DNA of 64,000 nucleotides from Octopus vulgaris (Eukaryota): NCBI GenBank assembly GCA_951406725.2, contig OX597835.1, positions 2,542,001 to 2,606,000 of the forward strand, read 5' to 3'. Shown piece by piece: positions 1 to 14,345 of this stretch (position 1 is its first letter; each line of letters starts with the position of its first letter). The notes under the pieces were generated by a model. It saw only the letters and a program-made list of their open reading frames with translations, ran no database searches and was not told where the DNA came from. The position numbers and the translations under genes were made by a program.

Positions 1-48
<48 letters not shown>

Positions 49-219
49 AATTTATAAGTACAAATTATTAATTTAAATACTTTTAAAAATTTTAACTTTA
101 ATTTAAATATTTTAAATTTTGAATTTTATTATATATATTTTTTATTAATTAACTTTATTTCTATGTATTGGTTTATGATTTGCACTGTTTGATTTGTCTA
201 ATAGTGGTTTTATCTCTAA

Positions 220-271
<52 letters not shown>

Positions 272-606
272 TTAGAGATAAAAACCACTATCAGACAAAT
301 CAAACAGTGCAAATCAAAACCAATACCTTAGAGTTAAAATTTAAAAAGTATTTAAATTAATAATTTAAAGGTGATGAATATTTCAGAAGTAGATGTTGAA
401 CGAGTTAATGAGCTCAAACTAGGTTTTTGCATAGAGATTTTGAAATCAATTGATCCTGAAATAGACACATTTCTTACTTCTGTATTCCACGAAAGGAAAG
501 CCTGCTTCTGCTATATTCGTTGCATTGCTCGTGTGTATTTTGGAGGTATGGGTCTGTTTATAGCAAGTGGTATTTAAATAACCTACGATATCTATCTACC
601 TACCTA

Positions 607-656
<50 letters not shown>

Positions 657-774
657 GTGTGTGTGTGTGTGTGTGATGTATGTATTATGTGTATATTTAC
701 ATACATATAAATATATGTATATATATATAATTAAAATATTAAAATATTTAAATTAAAGTTAAAATTTTTAAAAA

Positions 775-2800
<2,026 letters not shown>

Positions 2801-5093
2801 CATATATATATATATATATGTGCATATACACACACACTGCTGCTGTGTTTTTAGTTGTTCTTGTTGCTTTCTTTACAATCCGAGCAAACCCGCCAACAAG
2901 TTTTCCATAATTTTACAATTTTTTTCCGTGAGTTTTGTGCTTCCTTGTGAATGTCATAACTCCTTGCGAGTTTGTTAATTCCGCGTCGCCACAGCTGTTT
3001 CCTTAATGGTGGATTGTTATAACGCCCACTCTGGTATAGCTGAATAGTTAGTTAGACCAGTAAAGACCACGACTTTCTATATCCGACTACTACATACTCT
3101 TAGTCGACATTGACTGATGTCACTTTATTTATAGCGACTAACACATACCAACTCGTCACGTAGGAGGGCTGTAATTTTATCACTATTTCCCCTACAACAC
3201 TAACACCGACAGAAAAACAAACACGCAGACACATATATATGTATCAATATATATATATATATATATATATTTCAAATGCACCTACATATATTTCAACTGC
3301 ATCGGTTAGTAAACGTTGTCGGTGCACTTTCTTTCAGCAAGCAAATCGACCCAAGGCCGTTTTATAAGCCCGTTCTCTACTATTCTCATTTGCTAAATCT
3401 CTAAAGTATGGCGACGCTTCACACCCGGGTTTGGAGCCAACAAAAGACGGAAGTCACACGCCCACATGTGGTTGTATGTGTGTGTGTTTGTGTGAGTGTG
3501 TGTATGAGTGTGTGTGTGTGTGTGTGTGTGTGTAATTTATTAATGAGAGAGATGGAATATGGAAGATACGAGGATCTCAGTTGATCACTAGAAATGCTTC
3601 GACCCATCGTGTGGGGTCTGACCATCTGGTTAGGCGTATTCATTGGTGTAGTTGTGTTTCCACAGGTGATTTCAATAAGTACCTCGTTGAAATAAACTCC
3701 GCTTCGCAAGATGTCTTCTTGGTTTTCGTATATAGATGTGGCAAATTAAGGTATACATCATCATTCTTATTGAACATCCATTGAACAAATCTCAGATCCA
3801 ATAAGAAACATATACTTAAAGCAGTGAAAAATGTATTAGATATCTAATTACATCGACACCTCTCCTCAACTGGTACTTATTTTATCAACTGGGAAATGAT
3901 GAATGGCAGTTGATATCGGCGGAATTTGAACTCAGAAAGTGGGGACGACGGACGAAATGTCGCTGACCATTTTGATTAGCGCGCAACCGATGCTGCCGGA
4001 TCGCGGCGAAGGAATAATAAAACAAAGCAACTGACACAACATACGTTAATCATTAGCAGCACGTCGACACATGCCAACTTACAGTCCTGTTTATATATTT
4101 ATGACCGGTCAACATTATTTATTATTGTTATTTCTTTTATTCTTCTATCATTTTAATTGTTTTAGTCATTAGACTGCGGCCATGCTAGGGTGCCACTTTG
4201 AAGAAATTCAGTCGAATAAATCAACACCAGTACTTTTCGTTTTTTATTTTGAAGCCTGACACTTCACTTTTGCCAAACCGATAAGTTGAGGGGTCTAGAG
4301 TTTTTCTCTTAAAAACAAGGATCGGCTTTAACAGAAGTTAATCAGAACCAAAGAAAATACTTAAGTAATCTTATTTGTTTCGAGGCCAGTGGCTTCCATC
4401 GCTGTTCTTTTTTTATCTCTTTTCTTTTTTTGCTTGGCCATAGATTTTAATTTTCTGCCATGTCGATAGCAACAGGTATTTTGTTTTATGTTCTCAATAA
4501 ATTCTGATATGGTTTGAAATGACGTTTTCTCATCACTAAATCAATCACACATCTGTCGAACTACATAACTTAGTAAATACTGAATCACATCGTATAAATC
4601 ATGCTCTTGATATATGTGTGTGTGCGTGTGTGTTTGTGTGTGTGTGTTTGTGTGTGTATGTGCGTGTGTGACCAAAAGAAGGAAACAGTAAAGTGAAAAT
4701 TGAGAGAGAAGAAATCAAAAGCCAGAACAACCGAGGGTTGAAGATGTTCAGTAAGTTTACTAACAATATACAAAGCTCACCAACCAGCCTGGACGCTGCC
4801 CAAGAGAAAGTTCGAGAGCGCTTTATATGAATACCGTTCTAATGTAACACGTATGTAGCATTTCAATTATTCATAGTGGCTGTGTGTGAATTAGTAATAG
4901 CAATAGACAGAGTATGTTATGGTAATGATGGTGGTGGTGGTGGTGGTAGCGGTGTTGGTGGTGGTGGTAGAGCTTAATTTGTTTGTTGGCTGTTTGCATG
5001 TGTACAGTCCAAGAACGGCAAACAGAGAGAATAAACGGAATGTTTTGCAAATTCTCACTTTATATCTCATCGGTTGTATTTGGAAAAATGTAA

Positions 5094-5306
5094 GGCGGCG
5101 TGCTGGCAGAATCGTTCGCACGACGGGCGAAATGCTTAGCGGTATTTCGTCTGCCGCTACGTTCTGAGCTCAAATTCTGACGAAGTCAACTTTTCCCTTC
5201 ATCATTTCGAGTTCGATAAATTAAGTACCAGTTGAGTACTGGGGTCGATGTGATCGACTATCCACCTCCCTACAAAATCCAGCACTTGTGCTTATGGTAC
5301 AAAGAA
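5094..5306 (+). mobile_element. tRNA-derived SINE family A (ggcggcg.gctggcagaatcgtt...)
   Basis: A/B-box-like head; TSD ttgtatttggaaaa(a)tgtaa at 5074-5093 and 5307-5325; absent at the paralogous site upstream of genes 2 and 4. Confidence 0.75.
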
Positions 5307-6097
5307 TTGTATTTGGAAAATGTAAATCAGTTTACCCCGTACTTTTTGGATGAGCTCGAGCTTTTCTAATTTTAATGTTTTGGTTAATGCTAATTATTTG
5401 TGAAGAAACAAGTAAACATATTTAGGCTGGATATTTGTGCTGTTCATTTCTCATTAATTTACGAAAGATGTTCTTATTTTTTTTTCATGACGAGACATTC
5501 ACATCCATCAAACTTTGCAACAGAGCACGACTGCAGCCCTCAAATCCATGCAACAATTTTGCTATCTTCGGGTTGCTGTTTTTATTGAGTTGTTGCACCA
5601 GTATTCTTTGATTTGAAACGTGTGAATACATTTTAGTTCTGGTCTATATTTGACATAGCAGTAAAAACAACAGGTTTATATACAGCGTTTTTAGATGGTG
5701 TGTGTGTGTGTATGTGTGTAAGTATTTGACAAGCCTCAAATACTTGTTTCGGACAGAAGTCAAACCAATATATTCTATAGAAGCAAAATACTTTTGAAGT
5801 AAGAACATTTCATTCACAGTCAACAGTATAGAGAACATTTACGGACAAATGCTTCGAAGACATCATCTTCACCTCAGTTAAATATTTACGTTCGTACTTT
5901 TGGTGGAATTTAATTTGCATTAGTACTATTGATACAATTAAATTAGCTACTTATTGTTTAAACGATAATGTCGTGAAGCTCGGATTTTCAGTGAAATAAG
6001 TTTGGATAGCGAAAAAAATAAGTGTTACCTAAATTTCAGCTGCAGATTCCGTTTCTAATGACTCCCGTTGTTTTATTTCTCTATCAGTAGGTGCGTG

Positions 6098-8065
6098 ATG
6101 AAAAGCATCAGTGTCCTATTGTTTTGTGTATCCATTTCATACACCTTCTCCGATAAACAAAGTAAGTATAATAAGAAATATCTTTTATTTTATAGTCATT
6201 AGGTATGTAGTGGGAGAAAAGAGGGAGAGAAGAAAAATGAATAACCTTACCCCAGCGGTACTTCGTATGGACCCCATTTATATGTAATTACAACTTTCAA
6301 AGAAATAACTCTACACATAGGTCAAATATTCAGAATTACGATTCTTCAACATAATATAAAACATTTCATTAACAATATGACTGACGAATCTTTTATATAC
6401 AAACCAAGAAGAATTCTAGTGGTGTGCTCTGATCTGTTACTTCTATATAAGATCAGAAGGTAAGCACGGCCGAAATGCCGCTAAGCATATTGTCTGTCGA
6501 GCTAAGAATTCCGTCAGTTCGCCACCGCCTTTTGGACTCATAATTATTAAAATCATTAAAGAATAGAATCAGCAGGAGCTGTATATAATGTCTCGTGTAT
6601 TGTTTGTTTGTTTCTTTTCTTTTCTTCTCTTTCCTTTTTAATTGCTCCATTGGTTTTTATCTCCTTTATGCATTAGAAATGTCCATCACTACAGTGATGG
6701 GCCATATTAACAGTCTGAGAGAGGAAATATGAGTTCCAGTCGTAATGATCCTGCACCTTTTGTGTATTTCTACACAAAACTTTGGTAAATTGATATCTAA
6801 TTCTCCCGTGTGTATTTCAATGTCTCTTTCAGACGTCTCTCCCGTCCATCAACAGAAAGGAGCTAATGTAATTTTGAGTGAAATGGCTCGTAGGTAAGAA
6901 CTACATATCTACATCTCTTATATATGTAATTAATTTAGTATTGCCCAGGTGGTAAGCTGGCACATCATTAGCACTCTGGATAAAACACTTTGTGGCACTA
7001 ATTCCGGCTTTAAGTTTTGGGTTGAAATTTCGCCGATGTTGACTGCATCTTCCATTATTTCTGGGTCGCTGAAATAAATGCTAGCTGGGAGCAAGTGTCC
7101 GTGTAACAGAATAGCAGCCTCCATCAACGTTTCAGGCCCTTGTGTCTATGATAGAAAAGTTATAAAATATTGGCAAATTCAAATTCTGAGACTGTTTCTA
7201 AATTATAGTTTCTGCGTAACAGAAAATCTGAAAGGGGAAGATATGAAGCGAGATTTATCGAAAAGAAAATTACTTTCATGAGTAAAAATCAGATAATATT
7301 TTTTTTTAAAATATTTGCCTACGAAATTTTTGTCATCACTTTCATCTTTAAACTTTGTAAGTAAACACTTACGGAAAAGGAATGAACCGTGATGGAATTC
7401 CATGAAGCTGATATCCTGGGAGGGAAGGACTAGGTGTAGGAATTACAGTTGGGCTTGAGGTTTGGACACAACTAGAATGATGAGAAGGAGAAAGATGAAT
7501 AATATGAGAACGCCTGGGTGGAAGCGAGATTCAGAGAGCAGACGCCATTATAGGTGCAGTAGCGTTAGAAAAGACGGAGAGAGGAAACAACATGCTGGTG
7601 GGCAATACGTGAAGTACTCTCTCTCTGGATGCGGTCTAAGACAGTTGTGTGTATAGGAACAGCATCATGCCAGATGTGAACGCAACACTCCATTGTGGCC
7701 CGTCCTGAGCCCTGAAATGTATCATAATTTAATATTTAATTCCATCCTCCCGTGTTCTGTATTCAAATCCTGTTATGGCACCAACTTTGTGTTTTATTCA
7801 TTAGTTAGTCTGGTGAGGGAGAGCAAACTGAAACTGCGTGGTCACTGTCAAACTTTTCCATGTAAAAGTTTATATTTGTTTGTATGTGTATGTATATATG
7901 TGTGTGTGTGTGTTTTTGTGTTCGTACGTTGGTGTGTACGGATGAATGGACGAATGAAAGAAGTGAAACTCTTTTCTAATAACTGATGCCTATTTTCTAC
8001 ACTACACTCGACCAACCAAAGCCTTTTAAGTGAACTTGGAAAACGGAAACTGAAAATAAGTTCGT

Positions 8066-8144
<79 letters not shown>

Positions 8145-8285
8145 CGAAACGATCAACGTCGCCCTTTTCAAGCCTAGCCAGGCTCATGGGCCCGGTGTCC
8201 CGGTTTCTTTCGGTTGAGTTCCCTCTCCCCAGCTGGACGGGACGCTAGCCCATCCCAGCGTTACTCAAGAAACAGGAAGAGAGAG

Positions 8286-8347
<62 letters not shown>

Positions 8348-8528
8348 AAGTACAACAAGGGCCGCCACCTCACCCTGCCTGAAATTTGTGGACCATTTAT
8401 GTGTTTTCGCTCAATAAACACACAACGCCTGGTCTGGGAATCGAAACCACGATCCTCCGACCGCGAGTCCGCTGCCCTAACCAGTAGGCCATTGCGCCTC
8501 CACGCACACACACATGCACACACATCTG

Positions 8529-8559
<31 letters not shown>

Positions 8560-9883
8560 TTGTATGTATGTATGTATGTATGTATGTATGTATGTATGTA
8601 TGGATGTATGTATGTTTGTATGTATGTATGTATGTATGTATGAATGGATGTATGTATGTATGTATGTATGTATGTATGTATGTAGGTGTGTATGGACGTG
8701 TGTGTGTGTGTGTGTGTTTGTCCTTCACTACGACTTCCACGTTGATGTTAAAGATCCAATGCCGTATCATCGTGAACCGCCAGTTCTCTCCTCGTTTCTC
8801 AACAACCTAATGAATGATATCTGTTCTCCATACTCACAACACGAGTGTAATGTCAGTATAATATTACAGTCAGCATTATACCGTTATCCATCACGTGAAT
8901 CGTATCTTGTGAACTACAAACTCAGCTTGCATGCGTGTGTGTATGTTTGTGTGTGTGTGTCCTTGTGTATGTGTGTGTGCATGCGCGCCCCTGTGCGTGT
9001 GTGTTGTATATGTTTGTGTGTGTTGTGCGTGTTTGGCAAGAATGTCATGTCTAAAATGGAATGTAGAATCTTGAAATCATTTTTGGACATTTACCGAAAT
9101 CTTTCCCACAGGTAGAGCAAAATCGACGTGTTCCGGTTCCGGAATGCCTACGACGTAGCATTGCAGTTGGAAAGAAATGCACCAGTCGCATTTCCAGGAC
9201 AATTGCTTTCAATGATTGTTGCTATTCTGCACATTGCTGCGCATTTACCCATGCATTAATTCCTTCTGGTATCAGACGAATACCTGGGGTACCTGTTCAT
9301 CGATTATTTTTCAAGTTCTTCCATGCCGAGATTAGTAGCTGAAATCACTAAGAGACAAAAGAAATAGAGAAGCCATTAATTGAAACCTACGTAAAATGAT
9401 GCTCTTTTAGAAAGTTCTATATTTGAAAAGATGACGATTTCATGATTTTCTGTGTGAGGATCACATGATACATTTGTTTTGCAGTAAACGGTTATGTTTA
9501 TCCAGGTATGGTGTTAGATACCAGTGCAACATATATACACAATCTACATCAAAATGTTCAGGAAAGTCTGATTTTAGTTATAGAAAACAGAGAAAATACT
9601 TTTCACTGTGAACATTTCAAATATAGCGTTCCGTCAAATGCGAATTGCTTTGGGCAAAAATAAAAATCATAGAGTTATACAAGCCAGATATGCTTGAAGT
9701 AAGAACATTTCATTCACAGTAAACAAAATGGAGAATATTTACGGACAAATGCGTAGAAGATATATATATATATATTGGCCTGCTCGCTTAGCCAGTGGGG
9801 TGGCGTCATTTGAAGGCTAAAACAATGTGAAGCACATTGTGACCAGCGATGTGTAACAACATCTGATTGCCTGGTCGGCCACG

Positions 9884-9936
<53 letters not shown>

Positions 9937-11342
9937 TATATATATAATATACTACATATGTAAGATGTTCTATCTGTGGGTGTGCTTGTGGAGTTGTTAG
10001 CTAACTCCTCCTACATCGTTTTATCGATTTTGATGACACTTAACATGTTAGTAGAACTCATGTCTGGAAACCTCATGGCATACAAAGATTATTGAAAACA
10101 TCGATAATAGGGCCCCTAGAAGGGATCCTTATGAATATATAATATATTCTATTTTAAAAACCAAAAGAAATAACCTGTTCATCCCTGGATGGGATTCTTA
10201 TATATAGCCAAGGGAAATAACTCATTCATGTTCCTAAATTATGCGGTAAAATTGAAATTGAGTATGCTTATTTCTTAGTATTCGAACTGTTAGTTATTTT
10301 CACAATTTATCCAGTACAACCCTTAGACAAACAAATATTATATTCCTAAAAAATAGATACACTTATTTTGTTTAGTGACTTATTCACGAATATACCAACA
10401 CTAGCGCCCCTGAGGGTAATATTCTCTGGGAACGCACAAAGAACCTTTTCAGAGTTATTTACTTTGAATTATTAATATCTCATATCTGATTAGCCTGTTT
10501 TTTGGTAACATATTCTTTGTAAGCCTAGTACTTATCCTATCGGTCTCTTTTGCCAAACCGCTAAGTTACGGGGACGTAAACACACCGGCTTCGGTTGTCA
10601 AGTGAAGGTGGTGATGGGGGACAAAAACAGAAACAGAAACATATACATGCATAAATATATATATATATGTACTGCGGGCTTCTTTCAGTTTCTGTCTACC
10701 AAATCCGCTCACAAGGCTTTGGTCGGCCCTAGCCAATAGTAGCAATCACTTGCCCAAAAATGCCACGGAGTGCGACGGAACCATGTGGTTGGTAAGAAAG
10801 CTACTTACCTCACAGCCACTCTTGCGCCTAAAAACACAACCCCTCTCACTGTCTACATCTACTTATGAAATTCTGGATATATATTTATATACCTTATCCT
10901 TCAAAAAATTCGAGAAAATACACTAGGTGATAGTTATAAGAACAGAAAAATGACTTGGGGATTCTTGTTTCGGTTGTGCATGTTGTGAGTTCAAGTCCCG
11001 TCGATAAATTAAACACCAGTATCATCTAATCCCAGCTCTACTATTCTTTGATTTCTCCCTTGATGAGACACCTTAATTTAATAATATTTTCTATTTCCTA
11101 TGATATTCTGTATTTACAGTGACAATATTAAGAGAAATGTACGGAAGTGTTATGGACATTACTGTGGCGTCAAATCAGGAAAACCACGCTATCCTTGCTG
11201 CTCAACTAAGAAGATTTGTAAATGCAGGTTTTTTAAGGGCTGCAGTTGTAGTTCTCAGAATATGATCCATGTGGCTAATAACGGTTTATTCCAAACTGTG
11301 ATAGTTTTTATGATTTTTTTTGTAAATTTACCATCTTATTAA
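6098..11342 (+). CDS. Knottin prepropeptide gene 1 (3 coding exons: 6098-6161, 6833-6893, 11120-11342); 115 aa
   Basis: GT-AG introns (AAA|gtaagt, tttcag|AC, TAG|gtaaga, tttacag|T) with phases 1 and 2 join in frame to give MKSISVLLFCVSISYTFSDKQ-NVSPVHQQKGANVILSEMARS-DNIKR-NVRKCYGHYCGVKSGKPRYPCCSTKKICKCRFFKGCSC-SSQNMIHVANNGLFQTVIVFMIFFVNLPSY*. It has a hydrophobic signal peptide, a dibasic KR site and the framework C-x4-C-x10-CC-x5-CxC-x5-CxC. Exon A and B lengths (64/61 nt) are the same in all five paralogs. Confidence 0.88.
7400..7720 (-). mobile_element. Degenerate LINE 3' fragment in intron 2 (also ~18260-18585, ~48250-48575, partial ~60860-60960)
   Basis: GC-richer block with remnants RYCTYNGVCS...SFPPRI.ASWNS; absent from gene 3 intron 2. 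Confidence 0.35.
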
Positions 11343-13490
11343 CGTTCAGCCCCTGTGAGTCTCTCTCTGAAATTCGAAACAATAATAGGATGTAATATAG
11401 TGATGCACTATCTATTGGCGTACGATAGCTTCATCCATTTCACATAAAATCGGAGTTACACGTTGTATTTTGAGCGAAGGTAATGTCACCGTTCTAACAT
11501 GGTGTGTAATGTTTGTGCAAACATTTTGGTACACGACACATTTGTTATCTTCTGCTTGTTTCATATATGTATGTATGTGTTTATGTATGTATCTATGCAT
11601 ACATAGTAAGAGGAGGGATATGGATATACAGGCAGATAATTCGTAACTCTATTTTTAATTTCCAAGGCCGGTTTCATCTGATGATCCGTTTTAAGGTACA
11701 TTTCCTAAAAAATCATTTCCTAGTAGTAAATCATGTTATCCTTTTGAATTATTCTACAATCCTTATAGTCATATGGTATTTTAAATAGATCTTTGGGTTG
11801 GTTGTTCTATTTAAATTATGATGGAAATAGTAGTGGGTGATTACAGGTCAGTAGACACCATGCAGATAATAAAATGAAATATTTAATTGTAAATATTTAA
11901 TTGTAAATTTACTCAATTTAATTACTGTTATTGTTTTAAAGAGTTGAATGGCTAGAATTACATGTTTCTTGCGTTCTATTATTTGTATATTTTAAAAATA
12001 AAACGTTGTTTGTGCAGGCAATTAAAACTTCTTTCTTGTGTAGTGTTAACTAATTCATTTTTTAAAGTAAATTTTTGATATAATTCTTCGAGGCAAAAAT
12101 TACATTTTTCCTTCCCTATTTTCTAAACTAATAACGGGGAGAATTACTCCTTGAACAATGGCTGAAGAGATCGTATAAATTATGCATAAATCCCTGCATA
12201 TAAATATGAAGAAATTTGCAGTTGATACGATCGAAATACGTGTCAGACAATTACTATCAATAAAACCAAACAGAAAGTCTGAATGTTCAAATTCATTGTT
12301 TCCCTTAATATTATTAGAGTGTGAGGGGTGAGCCTGTGTGTGTGTGAATGAGAGTCTGCCTATCTGTACGTTACTGTGTTTGTATACACGTATTTATATA
12401 TAACTGTAAAGAGTGATCTAGCGGAACATTTTGCACACCGGTCGCTGCTTAACGGCACATCATCCATCTTTATGTTCAGAGTTCAAACACTGCCCAGGTC
12501 GACATTACCTTTCATCACTCTGGGGTTGATAAAATAAGTACCAGTTGAGCACGGCGGTTGATATAATCGATTTACTCAATCACCCAAACCTTCCGGCCTT
12601 GTGACCAAAATATGAAACACACACACACACACACGTGTGTGTCTGTGTGTGTAAGCGTCTGTATGCCAGTAGGTATGTCTTTTACATATATGCATATGAG
12701 AATATGTATAGATAGAGACAGAGAAGAAGACTACGAGATAGGTGAATAAGAATAGGAATTGGCACACGTGTGCATGTTGTTCAAATATCAGCTTCACAAT
12801 CCCACACTTTTGCCATAAATACTGGGGGGGGGGGGACAAATGGAAATCTTACTGAGTCGTCCATTACAGCTTAATTTTAGTATTAATTCCATAATGCTTG
12901 CAATGGATATACGAGACGATATACTTCATGCTTATCCTCTTCCTATATTTCAAAATAACCTTAAAACCCCGAGTCAGTACAACTGTTGTAGGTCCAAGTT
13001 AGACTACTTTGTTTATCTATCTTGCTGGAAGTCTTAAGCTTTTCTAACACCATATTCCATACCAGACTTTTATTTGATTTATGATATAGCAAACATAGTG
13101 TCGGAAACTAAATTCATAGAGTGCAGAAGAGGCCATACAATTTTCATCTGTGGCTAACTTGTCTCTAGTTTGACGTTTCTCTTTCAGGTGGTATCATATG
13201 TACTCGTATCATCCTTCTTCAGAAATCAGAAAAGTAGGCAGGCTATTGCAAGTGCTGTTGCATGATGTCAAAATCATGTGAGTTATAGAAACGCGCGTAG
13301 CGATGTAGCAAATATTACTAAATTCCATCCTAAAATGATTGTTATTATCATATTTATCCTACATTATATCTGTATAACCATGATGCGACCCCGAAAACTG
13401 ACACACTGGTCAGTATCATTACACGTTACACGGAATAGTGAAATAGGAGCTCTATTTGCATATACCTGATGTTATCGTAAACGAGTTTAA

Positions 13491-13794
13491 ATATAATTGA
13501 ATTAGGATAATTTTTTTTTCTATTTTGGATATATTTGGGGTACTTAAGTCTGCTCGGGACTTGGTGCTTGCTTCTTCCATGGGTATAAGTAAGTATTTCA
13601 TTTATATCTCGCGTATGTGCCGCTGAAGAGGGGAAAGTTTCTTGTGAATGAACCCCGAAATTGGACCAATACGGTAATAACGAATTGTTTAGAGATTTCT
13701 ATTGGTTTGCTTCAAGACGCATAAATTTAATGGTTATCGACAATTTTTTGTTTCTGCGTATCTGGCATTAGAATTTTTCTTCTGCCCTTATCTT
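13491..13794 (+). mobile_element. 304-bp insertion carrying the hammerhead (non-autonomous PLE/retrozyme-like)
   Basis: Absent from the paralogous site at ~42755-42770. Flanked by the 14-bp near-identical direct repeat gtaaacga(g/a)tttaa at 13477-13490 and 13795-13808. Confidence 0.7.
13618..13676 (+). ncRNA. Type I minimal hammerhead ribozyme
   Basis: TGCCG-CTGAAGA-GGGG(19 nt loop)CCCC-GAAA-TTGG-A-CCAA-TA-CGGTA: complete CUGANGA/GAAA/UH core. Stem I TGCCG:CGGTA, stem II GGGG:CCCC, stem III with a 1-nt loop. Confidence 0.8.
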
Positions 13795-14146
13795 GTAAAC
13801 GAATTTAAGATATATACATATATGTTCTGGGAACCCGTACTACTGATTTCATCTCCAAAATAGGAATGAAGATGGCCCATCGAATAAATGAGCCCCGGGC
13901 GCGGCTGAATACACCATTTGCTCTTGGGTACGAGGCCCATCGCCCCTCCCTTCCATCTTCTACTGTTTTATCGCACTTTTTCTTGTTTTCTTGCTTTTCC
14001 TCTTTTATCTCTCTGTTTCCTGTTTCTTCTTTCTTAAATGTTATAATGTAGAACTTGCAGAATATTCTGGCTTTTACAATAATATAGTGTGACACTCCAA
14101 TGTAAAATCTTACCCTCCATATCCAAAATTTAGAAAAAAAACACCA

Positions 14147-14345
14147 CAGCGAAGAACGAAGCACATAGAATTTGTTACGTTCAATGACGTATAAACAAAT
14201 AGGACAGCGAAGAACGAAGCACAAAGAGTTTCTTACATTCAATGACGTATAAACAAATAGGACACGAAGAACGAAGCACAAAGAGTTTGTTACGTTCAAT
14301 GACGTATAAACAAATAGGACACCACAGCGAAGAACGAAGCACTAA
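14147..14345. repeat. 58-bp tandem repeat, 3 copies plus partial (paralog of 43905-44330)
   Basis: Same unit at the equivalent position downstream of gene 2. Confidence 0.9.

Noticed and set aside
8399-9115. 238-aa ORF and its paralogs (17038, 46900, 61576)
   Set aside because: Made of antisense SINE plus (TATG)n/(TG)n repeats inside intron 2; frames differ between copies.
11100-11119. ATG-initiated single-exon reading MIFCIYS... of the knottin ORF
   Set aside because: This is the polypyrimidine/acceptor region. It gives no signal peptide, and the ATG is absent in genes 2, 3 and 5.
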